Below, piece after piece: positions 24,568-40,222 of a stretch of 64,000 nt of DNA. Position 1 is the stretch's first letter. Every line of letters begins with the position of its first letter. The translations under genes and the position numbers were made by a program. Where the stretch lies: positions 32,612,001-32,676,000 of the forward strand of contig CM022671.1 of NCBI GenBank assembly GCA_012295275.1. The letters are read 5' to 3'. Source of the DNA: Chrysomallon squamiferum (lineage: Eukaryota; Animalia; Mollusca). Under the pieces are notes generated by a model, which saw only the letters and a program-made list of their open reading frames with translations, made no database searches and was not told the DNA's origin.

Positions 24568-27500
24568 AGATGTCATTGCAATTCTGCAGTTAGAGTTGGG
24601 TTTGGAATTGATAATCAAGATGCAGGTCTTTTACAGACCAGCTTGAAGAACTTTACAATAATCACCATAGGTTAGGGCTGGTTTTTGGCTTCTAGTCCTA
24701 GAGGTTCAAGGAAAAAACATATTTCTTTTAGCAGTGATAAGTGGATTTCTGTTTGCTAAAAACAGACTGCAGTATGATCTATTTACTAGACAGCTTAGGA
24801 CCAAGGAATGGCAGTTTGATGGCCACTGGAGTTCAGCTTAATTATTGTTATGAGGTTTTTATGGACAGGCCTGGTCATGGTTTATGACTGTTGACCACTG
24901 GCTTCTGGAACAGAAGGTGAAATATGTTTATGATGACTTCTGAGGCAGACAGGTTAAATGGTTGTGAATGTTTTGTGAGTGATGGAGGTGCCAGTAAGTA
25001 TTTTGGGTTATGGTCATGGCTTGTCATAATTCTTCACTGATGAATGATCTCTTTGTTGTTTTAGTTTTAGATAATGTATTATAAGTACCTACATATGCAG
25101 TTTTAGGTTTCAAGATTCAGGCTAAGTACATTTGTGTATGTAGTGTTAAGTTTCTTCTTCAGACAAAGTTGTTGGAATGTTTTTGAAAGCTTTAAAAACA
25201 TGTAATAATATGCACTATAATCTGTCTGTAGATATGGCTGTATATCTCTATTAGTTGTGTGTTTAGGCTAGTGTGTGTATATGACTGGATGTCTGAAGAA
25301 GCTTTTTAGATAAAAGGATGAATGTAGGAAGAAAGAATGGTAATGGAAGGAGTGAAAAGCAAACAAAAAAGAAGAAAGAAAGAAAAAAGATTAGAAATGT
25401 TTCTGTGATCCGTATAGGTAGCTGTTACATCTGTCTGTGCGAGAGAGAGAGAGTGACGGAGAATGAAAGAAAGAAAGAATGATCTCTCAAGAAAGTGATG
25501 GATATGTGCTTACAAATGGTTTTGTGCTATTAAACAGATCTGAATTGTTCCTGCATCTGTCTTCATCTGTTTTCTCTACTTCCTGTCTGAGTGAGAAAGA
25601 GAAATATTTGAATAATTTTAAATGCATTAAATTAAACTGAAAATTGCTTTCTTACAGTTAATCTGATAGAAAATCAAGTTTAACAACTGGCAGTGCCACT
25701 GATCTGAAGATAAGCGGCACTTCAGAATTATTTCTCTCTTTTTCTTCGAATAGTTCTTCCTTTCTCCTTCTTGCTCTTCTGTTTACACTTTTCTTTTACT
25801 TCTGAAATTCTTGACTTGCACACAGGAATTGGCAGAACCAAAAAATGCCAGATCTGCACATCTATTGCCATTGGTGCTGTTGGAAGTTGTGAATGGATGA
25901 TACAAAAAAGTATCATTTACACTTTTCTGTGCTCCTCACAGAAAAGAAAACTGGAAATTCGTGGCAGCCGTGTATCAGATTTTCTTTAAAGTTTGTTTGA
26001 GATCTGATGGCAGATTGGGCCCAGGAAATGCAGCAGTGATGTCTCTTGCAATAACTGATCCACACGAAAACAAGATATCAGCTCTCGGAGGCAATAAAGA
26101 CTAACTAATGATACAAGTACCAGGTCTGAAAGTAAACACGAATTCATTCTTTGAAATTATAGTGAAAATAGCAACATTTAAATGCATATTTCTTGTTTTG
26201 TAAGAAACTGACATTAAAAATAATATTGGTTAGACAGATTAACTAAATTTAATTAAAGTGAAATGTACTATCATTTTGATTTTAAATAAAAAAAATTTGA
26301 TGAAACTATATCCCACCCAGGAAAATGAAAATATAAATGAATTATTTTAATATCATGTAAGTAAACCAAATAAACTATTGGTTAAAATTTAACAGAAATT
26401 ATTGCTTGATGGATCTACATCATTCAAACTCAGGAACACCCATCACAAAAAAATTCCCCCCAAAATAAAACAGCAACAAAAAACCCCCCAAAACATTTAA
26501 AAGTCATGTATCTGTTGAAAGATATGCATAGGTAAAAAAGGAGCAGAGAAAAAAAGAAAATGAGAATCTACAGTTCAAGGAAGCAGTTAAATATATGGAA
26601 TGTCTGTTAAACTGACATGTAAGAAATAAACTGTTCCTCTGACTCTTGTTGACATTTATTTCATTTTCACCTTCACTGCCATCCAAAATATTCCAGTTAA
26701 AAACAAATATAAATAAATAAAAGAAATGAAACATAATAATAAATCAGGGGAAAAAAGTAACAAAGAAAATATTAATTATAAAATATAAGAAGTGAAATAA
26801 TAGTAATAATAATAACATCAATCAATTTAAAAAAAAAAGAACAACATATATATATATATATATAAAAGAAGAAAAAGTGGAGACAGAGAAATCAAATTCT
26901 TACAAGTTTTAATTTTTTGTTCAACTTTTTTTTGCTGTTTTTATGTAAAACTTAAAAAGTATTATTTTATATTAAAGAACAAATACATTTAAACACATTA
27001 AAATAAGCTAAACATATTAAAATATTTTAAGCACATTAAAATATGATTTCAACAGTGATTAAAAATACCAATTAGGGCCACTGACTTTTCTGCAAGAACT
27101 GAGAAGGTTAGTTACAAAGACAGAGATATTTAATAATTCACATTTCCTCAGTTAATTATGAACAGAAGCTTGACGTCAGAAACAATTAAAAGCAAAACAC
27201 AAAATAAAGTCCATTAAGTCTAGCATCTTCACTGAAATAATCTGAGACAACCCTGCCTGCAAATATTTGCTCTTACCCACATTTACAAAAATGAAAGTGC
27301 TGATAAAAATACTGTAATCATTTCTCTGTACAAATAATAATCCCATAAGAGCCCTAGAAGAGAAAAATTGGCAAAAGCCATCTGTAAAAATGATTACCTT
27401 TCGTCTTCAAGTAAGCATGGCAGCAGAGATAAACATTATCTGGAGAGACGGGCTTTTGAGTCAACACGCATAATATGGCATTTTCATCAGCTCAGCTACT

Positions 27501-29469
27501 TCAGGTGATGCTCTGATGGCATCTTCTCTCAGTAGCAGTTATAATAATTTTGTTAAGGAGACAATATTATAAACTTTACTGCTACAAAAACATCTCCAGC
27601 TCTGCTCCAGAAGTTGTTTTTGAAGGTGCTGCAGCCATCATGAAACTGGGTAAATAGGTAAAATAAAATAAAAAAATAAAACAAAAAAGATTATTTTATA
27701 GATGTTGCATGTTTGCTGTTTGGTAAAGTTATTATTACTTGTTATTATTTTTTTTTTTCAAATTTCTTTCATGTGTACTGGTCTTGAATTAAGATATATA
27801 TATATATTTATCATTTTTATTCAGTTGTTTTTCCTTTTATGAGTTCTTGGAAGAATATTTATCAATTTTGTTTCATTTTTGTAAGAAAAGTAACGTATTT
27901 TAATTAGATAACAAATTTAATTTCTTTTTCAGTAATCTTTCTCCCTAAATGATATAAATATATGAAAAGAATCATAAACTGATGCACAAGATGTGTAACA
28001 TGGTGTCAAATCATGAATTAGCTTTGTGGATGAATCTTGTTTGTGGCTGTGTTAGGCTGAAACAAGATTAACAAGTGCAGCTAATTCAGAGATTGAGGAC
28101 ATTATGCTATTTGAAACAAAGAACCTTTGACACCTGATGACAAAGAAAATTCTGAGCAGCTTTGCATGGAACTCAATGACAGCACCAAGCTTTTATTCAA
28201 ATTTTAGTGGGGAAATTAAAGAAGAAAAATATTTTGTGCATAAACGTGTTGTTATCGTTGAATCTTTGCTCTGATATAGTTCTTAAAAGCCCCAGACAGT
28301 TCAACCTCAGACACTGCTGAGCTGTTTGAGTGTTTCTGTACATTATTCAACTAACTGACGGTTGGGAAACCATTTGATATGTCCACTAATGTTGTTCTCA
28401 CTTTGTTTTAAATATATTTATAGTGATTGATATCAAAGTTAAAATCATTAACATCAGTAACACTAAGAATTAATATAGTATTTGAATATTTCTGACCCTA
28501 TATAGTTATTTTAGTATTATGTGCGAAACATAGTTTTTGTATAATAATGGCATAAGAAAAAAATCTGCTTCATTCATGAATATTGTAGGAACTTGATCCC
28601 ACTGGGTTGGAAAATCAGTAGTTAAAGGATGAGGGTGAAATGTGATTTTGAGGCCAGGAGTAGAAATGTGTATATGTTTGTGTGTGCACATACATAGTCA
28701 TGTATCTATATTTTATGTATATGTATGTATGTTGACTATGTGTGTATGTATACATATATATCTATAATCTGTATAGATGAATGTGTATTATTTGTGAACA
28801 TGTGGTGTATCACCCTTCTCTTCAGCCTCTGACACATCTACAAGTCTGTATTCATTTTACTTTATCCATCCAACCAAAAAACACACGTACGTCTAAGACT
28901 TACCTGAAACATGTTGAAATAATAAATATCAGAGACATTTTCAGGTGTGAAATCTCCAGGTACAGGTGTCTGTAGATAAACATGTGTTATTGTTTTTCTG
29001 CTGATAAAAGTAACCATTCTGACGCTGATGAGTCCTGGGAGATTGGACCCCCAGTGGGGGTAAGTGGTTTTGTGAGAAAACATTTTTTTACATATCTGCT
29101 TACCGAGGCACAGACAGGCAGCAAAATGAAGCTGTTCAGCCTCTCATCAGGAAATGGTTTTCAGCTGGACAAATTGCTGTGTAAATTGTGCTGGTCATTC
29201 CTGGAATAAGATCAATATTTATGTAACTCTCTTTCTTGAAGTTTGCCTTCTAATAGCCTTTGGCTTTCTGAATTCCAAGTCCCAGATTCTGAGTAGCTGA
29301 AATTATTTACATAATATGAAATCTTTCTGAGATCTTTTTAGATGCTGTATGACTTGCCCAGAGATAAAAAAGTGTTTCATATTTATATTAATGATACTGA
29401 AACAGTTACATAGTATTCTAATATCTCTTTTGTAATGTTAACTGTTGCATATGTATTCATAATAGGCTT

Positions 29470-29528
<59 letters not shown>

Positions 29529-31076
29529 CATAAACTTTCTCATGTGAAAAGACACAATCACTGACAAATACACATTCACACACACACACATACACACAAA
29601 CACAAACTGCAAGACATTTATTAATAAACATGCCACAGAATACTTGCAGGAAAATAAACATCTTCAACAAAGAAATAAAAATCTAAAAATCATTAAGAAA
29701 CATTTTATCTTATTTTATACTTTGTAGTTGTAATAAATATCACCATACTAATTCTTTGTTGAAAAAAAAAAAACAATAAAAAACCCCACACAAACAGCTT
29801 GGATAACATTTTATTTTTAAATGCTTTTTTTAAATGCTATCTCAGCTTTGTTTTAAATTAATTTCACATCAAACATTTTAATATGGCTTCATGTTAACGA
29901 TATTAGTGTAAACATTAAAATTATCTGAGGTTTTAATAATATATTAAATTTACATTTTTTTAATTTCTTTTTACACCTTACATTAATGCATAGTTTGGCA
30001 GTCATTGCATACATAATAATTTAAATCACAAACTCATTTTTAATCATTAAAACAAGAAAAAAATCATTATGTTACAAAAAATGTTTACTGTACAGTAATC
30101 ATTAACTTAGAAGTTAATGTGTCATGTAATGTTTATTTGCAGTTTATGGTTATTAGTTAAGTGTTTTGGCTAAGCCTCACCTCATAAATGATTTAGCCAG
30201 ATAAATTCAGCATTTAAAAAAAAAAATTATAATGAATGCTGAGAGGGGGAAAAAAAAGAAGAAAAATGTAGAACCTTCTTTGAAATGTATTAAGGTAGAA
30301 AACATAAAGTTTTATTGTTACAGTCTAACACTGCAGCTCTCAAACTAGACAAAATATATTTGTAAACCTTAAATTGTTTTGTAAATGGATACCAATGCTT
30401 ACAGTTAATAAAGTATGATAACAATTTTAATTTGAAGAATAAGAATTTTTTAATTTGAAAATGTTAGTTATTTATTCTAAATAATAAAAAGCCAGGATGC
30501 AGGTATAAACTGAAATAATGTTATTTATGGTGTTTTCTCAATGATGAACATAAAACTTTGAATTTTTTTGGTGTTATTGTTACTTTTTAATCTTCTTGCA
30601 GGACAAACTTACCAAGAAGTTCCGAGTACAAGGGATACCCAAATTTGTTCTGCTGGATGGTGAGACTGGAAAAGTAATAACAGTGGATGGATTCCTTCAC
30701 CTGTCTGAGGATGAGAATGGACTTGATTTCCCATGGCGCACAAAGCCATTGCACGATATCATCAAAGGGACACTACTCAGTGGCAAAGAGGAAGTGGATG
30801 CAGCCACTGCTCTTAGAGGCAAAATTGTTGGACTTTATTTTTCAGCTCACTGGGTAAGATTTTTTGTTTTTATTTTTGTTTATTAACATTATATTTTTGT
30901 TTTATTTTATTTTAATTTTATTTACATTAAAAAGAAAATTGTTGGAGTTTTATTTTTCATCTTGTTGGGTGATAGTTTTTGTTTTTGTTTTTTCTGTATT
31001 GTATTGTATTGTATTATTTCTTATTTTACTTTATTTTATTTTATTTTATTTTATTTTTTATTATTATTTTTGTTTT

Positions 31077-31112
<36 letters not shown>

Positions 31113-34100
31113 GTAGGACTGGTAATTGCTGGATATAGTTAGAATGTCCCATTTTACAAAGATGAAAGGTTAATCAGTTGGTATTTTTCACAAATAAATA
31201 CTAATTTCAGTCCTGAACTAAAATAAAAAAAATAAAAAAAGTTTGGAGTCAAAATATTTTCTGTTAAAATGGTGTAAGAACAGTTTATATATTATATACC
31301 TTTTATATACCTAGAATAAAGCAGGGAGATCTCTCACTGGTTAGAATGGGAAATAGGGTGAATATTCTTTAGCCATCCTTTCTGATTAATACATAAATAT
31401 TTTTTCACCCCATGCACTCACATACACACAAGAAAATATACTGCCATGAACTGTGCACTCTTCAACACATGCTATACATCGATCACAAAACTGTGAGACA
31501 TTAATTTCTGTGACCCCTAACTTGTCAAGGATGCATGTTTGGAACAGGATATTTTATGGCCTAAAATACCAAGTAAACTGTGAACAAGCAAATGAAATAT
31601 AAATGTTAAAAAAATATATAACTGCTTAGTGCAGCAAAAATGGAGGTAAACATATATAGTTTATTTTCCATAACAAACAGTTTTACGTATGTGTGAAAAA
31701 AAATGTTGCAGTTTGTCAGAGATAAAAGGTTAGCATAGAGCAGGTGCAAGATAAATCACCTTTCTTTCATTAACTTCATTTTTAAATAATGATTTACCAT
31801 AGGAAATGCCATGGGGCGAAACAAATCAAAGAAATAATAATAATAAAGAAGAAAAAAAAGAAGATAAAAAATGAGAAAATAAAGAGAGAGAGAAAACAAC
31901 CCAACTTTTTAGAATAAAGAAAACGAAACAAATGAAATTAAAAGAAAAGATGTCAAAGAAGAAAAAGAAGAAAAAAAATGAAGAAAATAAATAATGTTTA
32001 TAAATGTGTTTTATATGTATGTAGAAACATAAATAAGTCATAGTAAATAGTTCTTAAATAAATACTTTTGTAATTTTTAAAATTAATTTATTTTTATTTT
32101 TAAAGTCAGAAAGAAAGATGAAACAATCTTTTACCATTTATGGAAATTAACATAAATAATTCTTAAAATAGTTTATAGTTTTTTTTCATTTATTTTGTTC
32201 CGTTATTTTTTTAGCATCCCAAATAACATAAACACTGGCTGGTAACATAGACTAAAAAAAAAAAAAAAAAAAAAAAAAAAAGTGTAAATTTCTGAACATC
32301 TTGAACTGTCATGGCAATTAGAATGATAAATTGTGATACACAGTCCACCCCTGTGGCTCAGATATCATGGACGCCATTGCTTGCCTGTAGGGGGCGCTGC
32401 TAATAAAGTGCAAAATTGAAGAGACTACTTGATTGACAGGCCATCTATAAATGTACGTGTGGTTTACATACTAAGTATTTTGTACCCAGTAGCAGCTCAC
32501 ACATCTTGGATAGTTAATGATTGTAATTATTTATGTGACTGAGATGTTGAAAACCAGATCTGTATTACTAGCTTTCAGGTTTTAACATTTCTTTCATTTT
32601 TTTCATTTTTTTTTTGGGGGGGGGGGAAATAATGAAAATAAATAACTTTATCTAAGAGTATTTGATTGCTTAAATGAAGGCATTTTCTGAAAATTTCTTA
32701 ATATGAATAAGGTTTAATTTTTTTTTGTTGTTATCCATTTCTTTGGGGCTTGTTTGTTTCCATAAATTATTTGGTTTATTTGTATATAATTGTGTGTGTG
32801 TGTGTATGTGTGTACATTCCAACAAATCATTCAACATCCTGCACAAAAACTGGCAAATAAACCCTTCATCCTCTTTTCACCAGAAAGTACCAAGTATTTA
32901 CTAGAAGTGACACAAAAAGTGTCAAATATTTGCTCACTGCTGTAAAAGATGTGTTCTAAACCACTAGCGAAGAAGCATTTTTCACTTTGTTGGTTTTGCC
33001 TGGGAATGTCTGCTGTCTCTAGTGGGTTGCTGTACACAAGGACTGGAATCTTAGACGAAGTGATTAGAATTGGCAACTTGCAGCATTACACTCACTAAAA
33101 GCAGTATGAGCATTCTTCCTGAGATCTGACACACAACAAATGTAGCAACAAATTTCAAAAAACATTATAGTCAATCAGTTGCTTTTCTTTCATTGCTGAA
33201 AAAAGTGGCGGAAGAAGACGAAAAAAAAAAAGAAGAATAAATTGATCGAAAGAATGAAGAATTCAAATAGTAACTCAATTGGTTTTCTACCACATAATTG
33301 TATTGACTACATTGTAAATAAAATTACTGTATAAAAACTTAAAAATACTAGATCTGCATTGTAAAACACAGTTTGTGAAATACTAGATGTGGGAAATATG
33401 ATAAACTAGAATCTTTCAAATGTGGAACCTCCATGTAATTTTTTCCATTGCAGTTTTCAATGCGGTTCAGTGAAAGATGCTTCAGAGCAGTATTAAACTG
33501 TATATCAGGCATTATTTTAATTTTGTTAAATTAATCGTGTTTAAAAGAAAGTAATAATAATAATTTAAAATTTAAAAAAGAAAAAAAAGAAAAAAAAGAA
33601 AAATTATATTTTATTTTTATTAAATCAAACTTTAGAAGAGACAGATATTTTCATTAAAAAAAAAAAAAAAAACTAAAGAAAAAAATCTCCAGTAATCTAT
33701 TTTTTTTTTCATGAAAATTATGCCAACTTTAAAAAAAAAAAAAATGCTACAAAAAACTCACAATATAAACAAAACTGCCTAAAATTAGCAATGATAAAAA
33801 CTAAAAAAAAAAAAAAAAAAAAAAAATCCTACAAAAATCCCACAATCCAGTTTTTATTTTTCAAAACTACAAGTTTTTTCAGGGTATTGCATTCTGGAGA
33901 GTGTTTATGTCACTAGTATTTGGTTCCAAGTGTGTTTATTCCACTAGTAACTCTGCTTGGAGAATGTTTATTCCAGTAGTAATTGAGAAAAACAGCACAC
34001 CATCTACTTGTAATGAAGCAGCAGGGTGTACAGGTAAATACTCCAAGGATCAGAAAGCATTTCTAGGATGTTAGCATTGTTGGGAGGTTTGGCAGAGGGT

Positions 34101-34350
34101 TACAACAGAATCTCCAGAATTAATTTGGTATTCAGGTTTTCTCATTGTTTTCAAATTGGTTCAGGATTTTTTTTGATTATACAGATCTCTTTTGGGTGAG
34201 ACATTTTACAATGAATTTGCAAATATTGAGAGAGAGGGAAAAAAAAAAAAAAAAGAAGTAAAAGTTAAAAAGATATCAGATGATAGACTACCTGAAATAT
34301 CTTGTGAGGATAAGAAAAGAAGGCAAAGAATTTTGTTCTGATGAATTTGC

Positions 34351-34441
<91 letters not shown>

Positions 34442-36366
34442 AGATAAGAGAAAAAGGCAAAGAAATCTTTTTTATTTATCAATTTTTATGATGAAATTTT
34501 TTTATTGAATTTCCACTTACAGAAAGAAAGAGAGAGAAAAGAGAGAGAGATTATAAAAATTAAAAAGGAAAAGTTATCTGTGACAAACTATCTGAAAATC
34601 TTGTGAAGTTCAGGTTTTAAAACTTTTACAAAAGTAAACAACTTTTTCTTTTTCCTTTGGGAATGCTAATTATGTACAGTTAATTGAAGCTTTCAAAAAA
34701 CACAGCGTTTAGTTGGTGTACTACGTCATTCACTTCTGAAAACAAAATACAACAGCAACCAAAGATTACAACTTCCCTCAGTCATCGTACAAAAATAGTT
34801 ATTTGGAAAAAGTTTAATTATTTACACACTTATTACATCACATAATTATGCAGATTATTAAAGCATGGAATTTGGTTCAAGAACCTTTCTTTTAACTTTT
34901 TTCTCTCTCCAAAACTGAGAAAAGAGAAGAGTCTTTTGCAAAATTTGAATAAAGCTGTGTTTATAGTTTTGAAGGAAAATAATTTGTTTTTTAGCTAGCT
35001 TCATCCCAGCTAGAGGATGGCTCAGTTGCTTGTTTTATGGCTGACTGTAAAATAAAGTATTTCTTGTAATTTGTATGGATCTGACTTTAACTGGCAGTAT
35101 CACTTATATGGATTTTTTATGGCCGTTCTGTCAAGGCAGATAATTTATGCCCACACCATCACACAAAAAGTAATGGCTAAAAAAAAATAAAAATTAAAGG
35201 AGGAAGTAAGAAAAAAAAAAAAAAAAAAAAAAAATGATCGTAAAAAGAAGAAAAACAAATCAAAAACAAATCAGAGGGAAAATAAAAAGAATAATCTTCG
35301 GATACATTTTTGATTTATTAGTTAATATTGTTTAAAATAGATTTATGTAACACTTTTGTCATTAATTTATATAATTAACTGATACTGGGTACAGTTAATT
35401 CATTAAGTAATAATGATAATAATAATAATATTTTATTACATTATATATGATTATTACTAATTGAAAATGGGGATGGTTTCAGTAAGAAAAAAAAAAAGAA
35501 AGATAATTTATGCCGATATACCAAATTATAGAGTGTATTATATAGTGAAAAAAAAAACAAAAAAAAAAAAAAAAAAAAAAGGGTATAATTCATACCTTAT
35601 TTATTTGTTTATCAATATTTTTTTCTGTTTTAATTTTATTACCATTCTTTACATGCATTTTTACATTTTTTTTTTTTTTTTTTTTTTAGTGTCCACCCTG
35701 TCGACATTTTACACCAGAACTGTGCAGGACTTATGAAAAGTTGAAAGAAGAGGGTAGAAACTTCGAGGTGGTCTTCATATCGTCTGACCGCAGCAAGGAG
35801 TCTTTTCTCCAGTACTACAGCACCATGCCCTGGCTGGCCTTGCCCTTTGACGACGCCCGGGCACGACCCCTCACCAGGCAGTTCGGCATTGATGGCAAGT
35901 TTATTTACCTTTTTGGAAAAAATTATATAAATACATTTTTTAAATTTGTTTTCAACAAAACAAATTATAAATTAATTAAACAGATTTAGTCCAAAGAGCT
36001 ATTTATTTGTTTTCAAAAACTATTAAACATTGCTGATGATGAATGATGAATGATGATGATGATGATCATCATCATCACTACCATAGTGTCTTTAATCAAC
36101 ATCCGCCAAAATCCTACAGTTATGTAATTAATACTGCTGTTAATTTCATCATGATTTTTTAAATTACTACTACTACTACCACTACTACCACCACCACCAC
36201 CACTACTACTACTACTACTACCACTACTACTGCTACCACTACTACTACTACTGCTGCTGCTGTTATTATTACTGTTATTATTATTTTATTACCATAGCTA
36301 TTATTAACAATTAATATTTTTTCATCATTATTATTATTATTATTGCTATTATTATCATTATTACTA

Positions 36367-36425
<59 letters not shown>

Positions 36426-37335
36426 GAATGTTGTGTGGTATCCAAACAGCCATCAGCTTCTTTAACACGGCATTCGGAGGTTTTTCTGTTACACAACAGA
36501 ATGTGCTGGCAGCAGAAGACCTGTCAGGAAATGGAGGAAATTGGCTTCAGATTTTTCTAACACATTTGTGTGCATTGAGTAAAAAGGCAGGAACTGTCTA
36601 GAGCCTACCTTTGAAGAAATCACAGCTCACCATGTTTTCAGTAAATCATACATACGTGTAGGAAGTTTAATTCAGATGAACTGATAATGGAGGAGGAATG
36701 GGGCAGAGGTTTAGAAAAAATAAAAATAAAAATGTGTAAAAGAAAGAAAAAAGTAAAAGAAAAAAGAACAAATTTTTATAGATGTATGTGCATATTTATA
36801 TATAGTATTGCGTATTATATGATTAAATATATGTTTTGTGTGTGTGTGTGTGTGTGTGTTTTTACATACATATAAATATCATTTTTTATTTATAGAATGA
36901 TTCTGTGATTGTACTTGCAAAAGTACTTCTGTTAATAAGGACCGATGCAAAAAGAAAGCCATAGGTCAAATCTTAGAGATGACCTTTCTGCCTAACTGGA
37001 TTATCATTATGTAGGCCATTGTTTTGACCTTTATGTTATGTGTCAAACAGAAGCAAGATAGTGGAGTTACTAGCATCTTTCATACATTTTTATTTATAGA
37101 AGGATTCTGTGGTTTTGCATTTCTTGTTAATGGTTAGATTTTGGGGTTATTTTTCCTTCTTCAGTCATAAGTGACACATATACACTCACATATACAATAT
37201 TTACAACTACTACTACTATATTTTATGTATATTTTACTTAAAATGATTTCCACATATTCTGCTTATGATTAACATAAACAGCTTTAAACAACAACAGTCC
37301 TAAAATAAATTAAAAAACCCCAAATATTCAAAAAG

Positions 37336-37366
<31 letters not shown>

Positions 37367-38358
37367 AAAAAAAAAAATAAAAAAATAACAATATAACAGA
37401 AGTAATAAAAAAAAAAAAAAAAAAAAAATAATTAATTAAAATAAAAAGGTTAATGAATTTATTTTTTGGACAGTTTTATATTTATGAAGATGTTAGAATT
37501 AATAATCAATATTAATATTGCACATTTTCTCAGCCTCATGTTTCCCCAGTTTCAGTTTTGGATCAATTGAAATGTTTTGATTTGCCTTATCCTAATTGAA
37601 TTTCACAGTTACTGCAAACGTGTTCCACGAAAATCATGCCCCAGTTTTTTTATGACCCATTGATTCTTTATGAGCTGTGTTAAGATACAGCATATCATGT
37701 GTGTGAGTATGAGTAATGTATCATCTGAGTATAAATAAAATGCATGCCACACAAATTTTTGTGCACCAATCTTTCATGAACTGTTGATTCTAAAAAGCAT
37801 GGCAAAGATATTCCTTAACACATTTGTATAATCTTTTATAACAGTGTTTGTTATATGTACCATTCTGCACTAATTTTTCATGAGCTTTTCATATAGATAT
37901 ATATATATTATCTATCATTTAAAAGAATTAATTTTTACCTGTGCATTTTGCAACAGATTTTCATCAGCAGTTAATTTTTATGAGCTCATCTAAGGTACAC
38001 TTCATTGCAGGTACATAATTTTATAATTGATCATTTAAAATAATTAATTTTACCTATGCAATCTGCACCAGTTTTTCATGAGTTGTTAATTTTTTTATAA
38101 GCTTATCTAAAATAGTGTTTAAGGAAATTTGTAAAACATTTTGAAAAAGTGCTTGTAGCTGTTAGTGAATTATGTTTTTATTTTTATGTCTTTCCATAAA
38201 AATATTGATTATTTGCAATTTGTGTGTGAAATAAAATTTGTGTGTCATGGTAACAACATACAAGACGTCTTCTGTAGTCTTAGTGCAGGTAATTTATGAA
38301 TAAGTTATTATAAATAATAATGAAAAATTGTAAAATAATAATATGATAGAAAATATGA

Positions 38359-38444
<86 letters not shown>

Positions 38445-39633
38445 CCTTACTCAGAATATGATTCAGAATATTACATCTTAACAGACACAACATATGTCAT
38501 TGCAAAAGCTGTTAAATGTCTGCCGTTGATAGTCACTTGATAAATATTTTTCATTTTTGTTAATTTTTGTGAAAGCTTTTTGGTGAATTTTTGAAGAATT
38601 CTTGAAAAGTTCAATATAAAGAAACTAATTTTCAAACTGGCAGCTGTTTTTTGTTGAAAAAACTTTGTAACAGAATCTGGGTTGAATACAAGATGACAAG
38701 CTTCTGCAGATGTCTGACACTTTTGTGGATCCTTCTTCAGATTGAATTTTTTTTTCCCAATCCAATCCTGACTTTTTTTATTTGCAACTTTCTGAATTCC
38801 ATAGTTACTAGTTAGTCATTTTCAAAAAAAAAGAAGAAAAGAAAGAAATATATTTACAGCTGTCATAATAATGTCTACCATTGTGCATTGTGTTAAGCAG
38901 AATTTATTTTTTATGTTGACAAGTCTAAATTCCTATTCTTTCATAAGTTTTCATTATCTTTCCAGTCTAAGTTGGTTGACTTTTTTGTGTGTTTTTTTTT
39001 TCTATCTCCATAACATGAGGCACTACATATCTAAGACTGTTCCTGTTTTTATTCATAAACAGCATTTCTTTGATTTGTTCCTATTTTTAATCATGAACAA
39101 CAACATCTCTGAGATTTGCTCCTGTTTTCAATCATGAACAATAACTCTTAAGAGGCTTGTTGATATTTTATTTGGGATAAGATAATAAATTCTAAAAATG
39201 TTTCTAAACTTAGGAAGAACATATCAGTAAGACTGATTGAGGAAGAACACAGCAGTAAGACTGGTTGCAGTTGTTGATTCAGCTACAAGTTTCTGGATCT
39301 CACTGTAATTACTTTTCATCAAGTCAATTGTCCAGTGATTCATGTTTCACTACAAACTGAATTGCTGACACTTTCAATTTGGTCTGGCACGTCAGCATCA
39401 ACCACTGATAGTTTGCCATTACAGTCTGTGCAACAGATTACTTCTTTTTACAGGGAAATGGAATTAAAAGGAAGGCTAATACTTTTTGACTATTGGAGAC
39501 ATTTTGTGTTGGGCAGTCATTATGTCACGAGAAGTTGACTGCTTTTGTGGAGCTGGTTTGAAATTGTTGTTGTGTTATAACATATTACTATTACTACTAC
39601 TAATAAACAAATGTGTGTGTGTGTTTGTGTGTG

Positions 39634-39678
<45 letters not shown>

Positions 39679-40179
39679 GTTGAACTTCCCCAAAATGTGA
39701 TGGAGAATATTATGTTTGTCATTATGTCTCAAAAAATAGTTATGCATTAATATCATTATGATGATAAACAAAAAAGGAATTTGTTTCAGAATCAGTTTAA
39801 TGTAATCTAGTTTCACGCATTTTATTTTTTCATTTTTATACAAATATTATGATTTATCATACAACTGGTTTACAGCTGGTATAGGAATGAAAGAAAAGAA
39901 AAGACTTCTCAACTAGAAAATATTAAAAGTGATTACTGTTTTGCTAAAGAAAAACATCTTTCTACCAAAACCTAATAGTCTTCTCTGCTAATTAGCAGAA
40001 AGTGATCTGTTTTTGGCAGTACTTTATCTTTTAACATAGCATTCAGCTGGAAATGAAACTGGCCATTGATGTTGTAGATGTAAATGTTTGTAATGTGGAG
40101 AGTCTTAAAATATCATATTTCACTCCTGCTTTTAAGTTATCGAAAGACTACATTTATAAGTGAAATGGAAAAAATATAT

Positions 40180-40222
<43 letters not shown>

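Noticed and set aside
20710-30601. Nested gene or snoRNA within the 9.9-kb NXN intron 1
   Set aside because: No exon chain, recognisable domain or paired C/D boxes with terminal stem found by eye
33894-33981. Three 18-bp GTGTTTATTCCACTAGTA-like repeats with 13-14-bp variable spacers, superficially CRISPR-like
   Set aside because: Only three degenerate copies, spacers too short, eukaryotic intron, no cas genes; ordinary decayed minisatellite
39030-39150. Repeats of about 38 bp (TTGTTCCTGTTTTTAATCATGAACAA)
   Set aside because: Small decayed tandem repeat with no further structure
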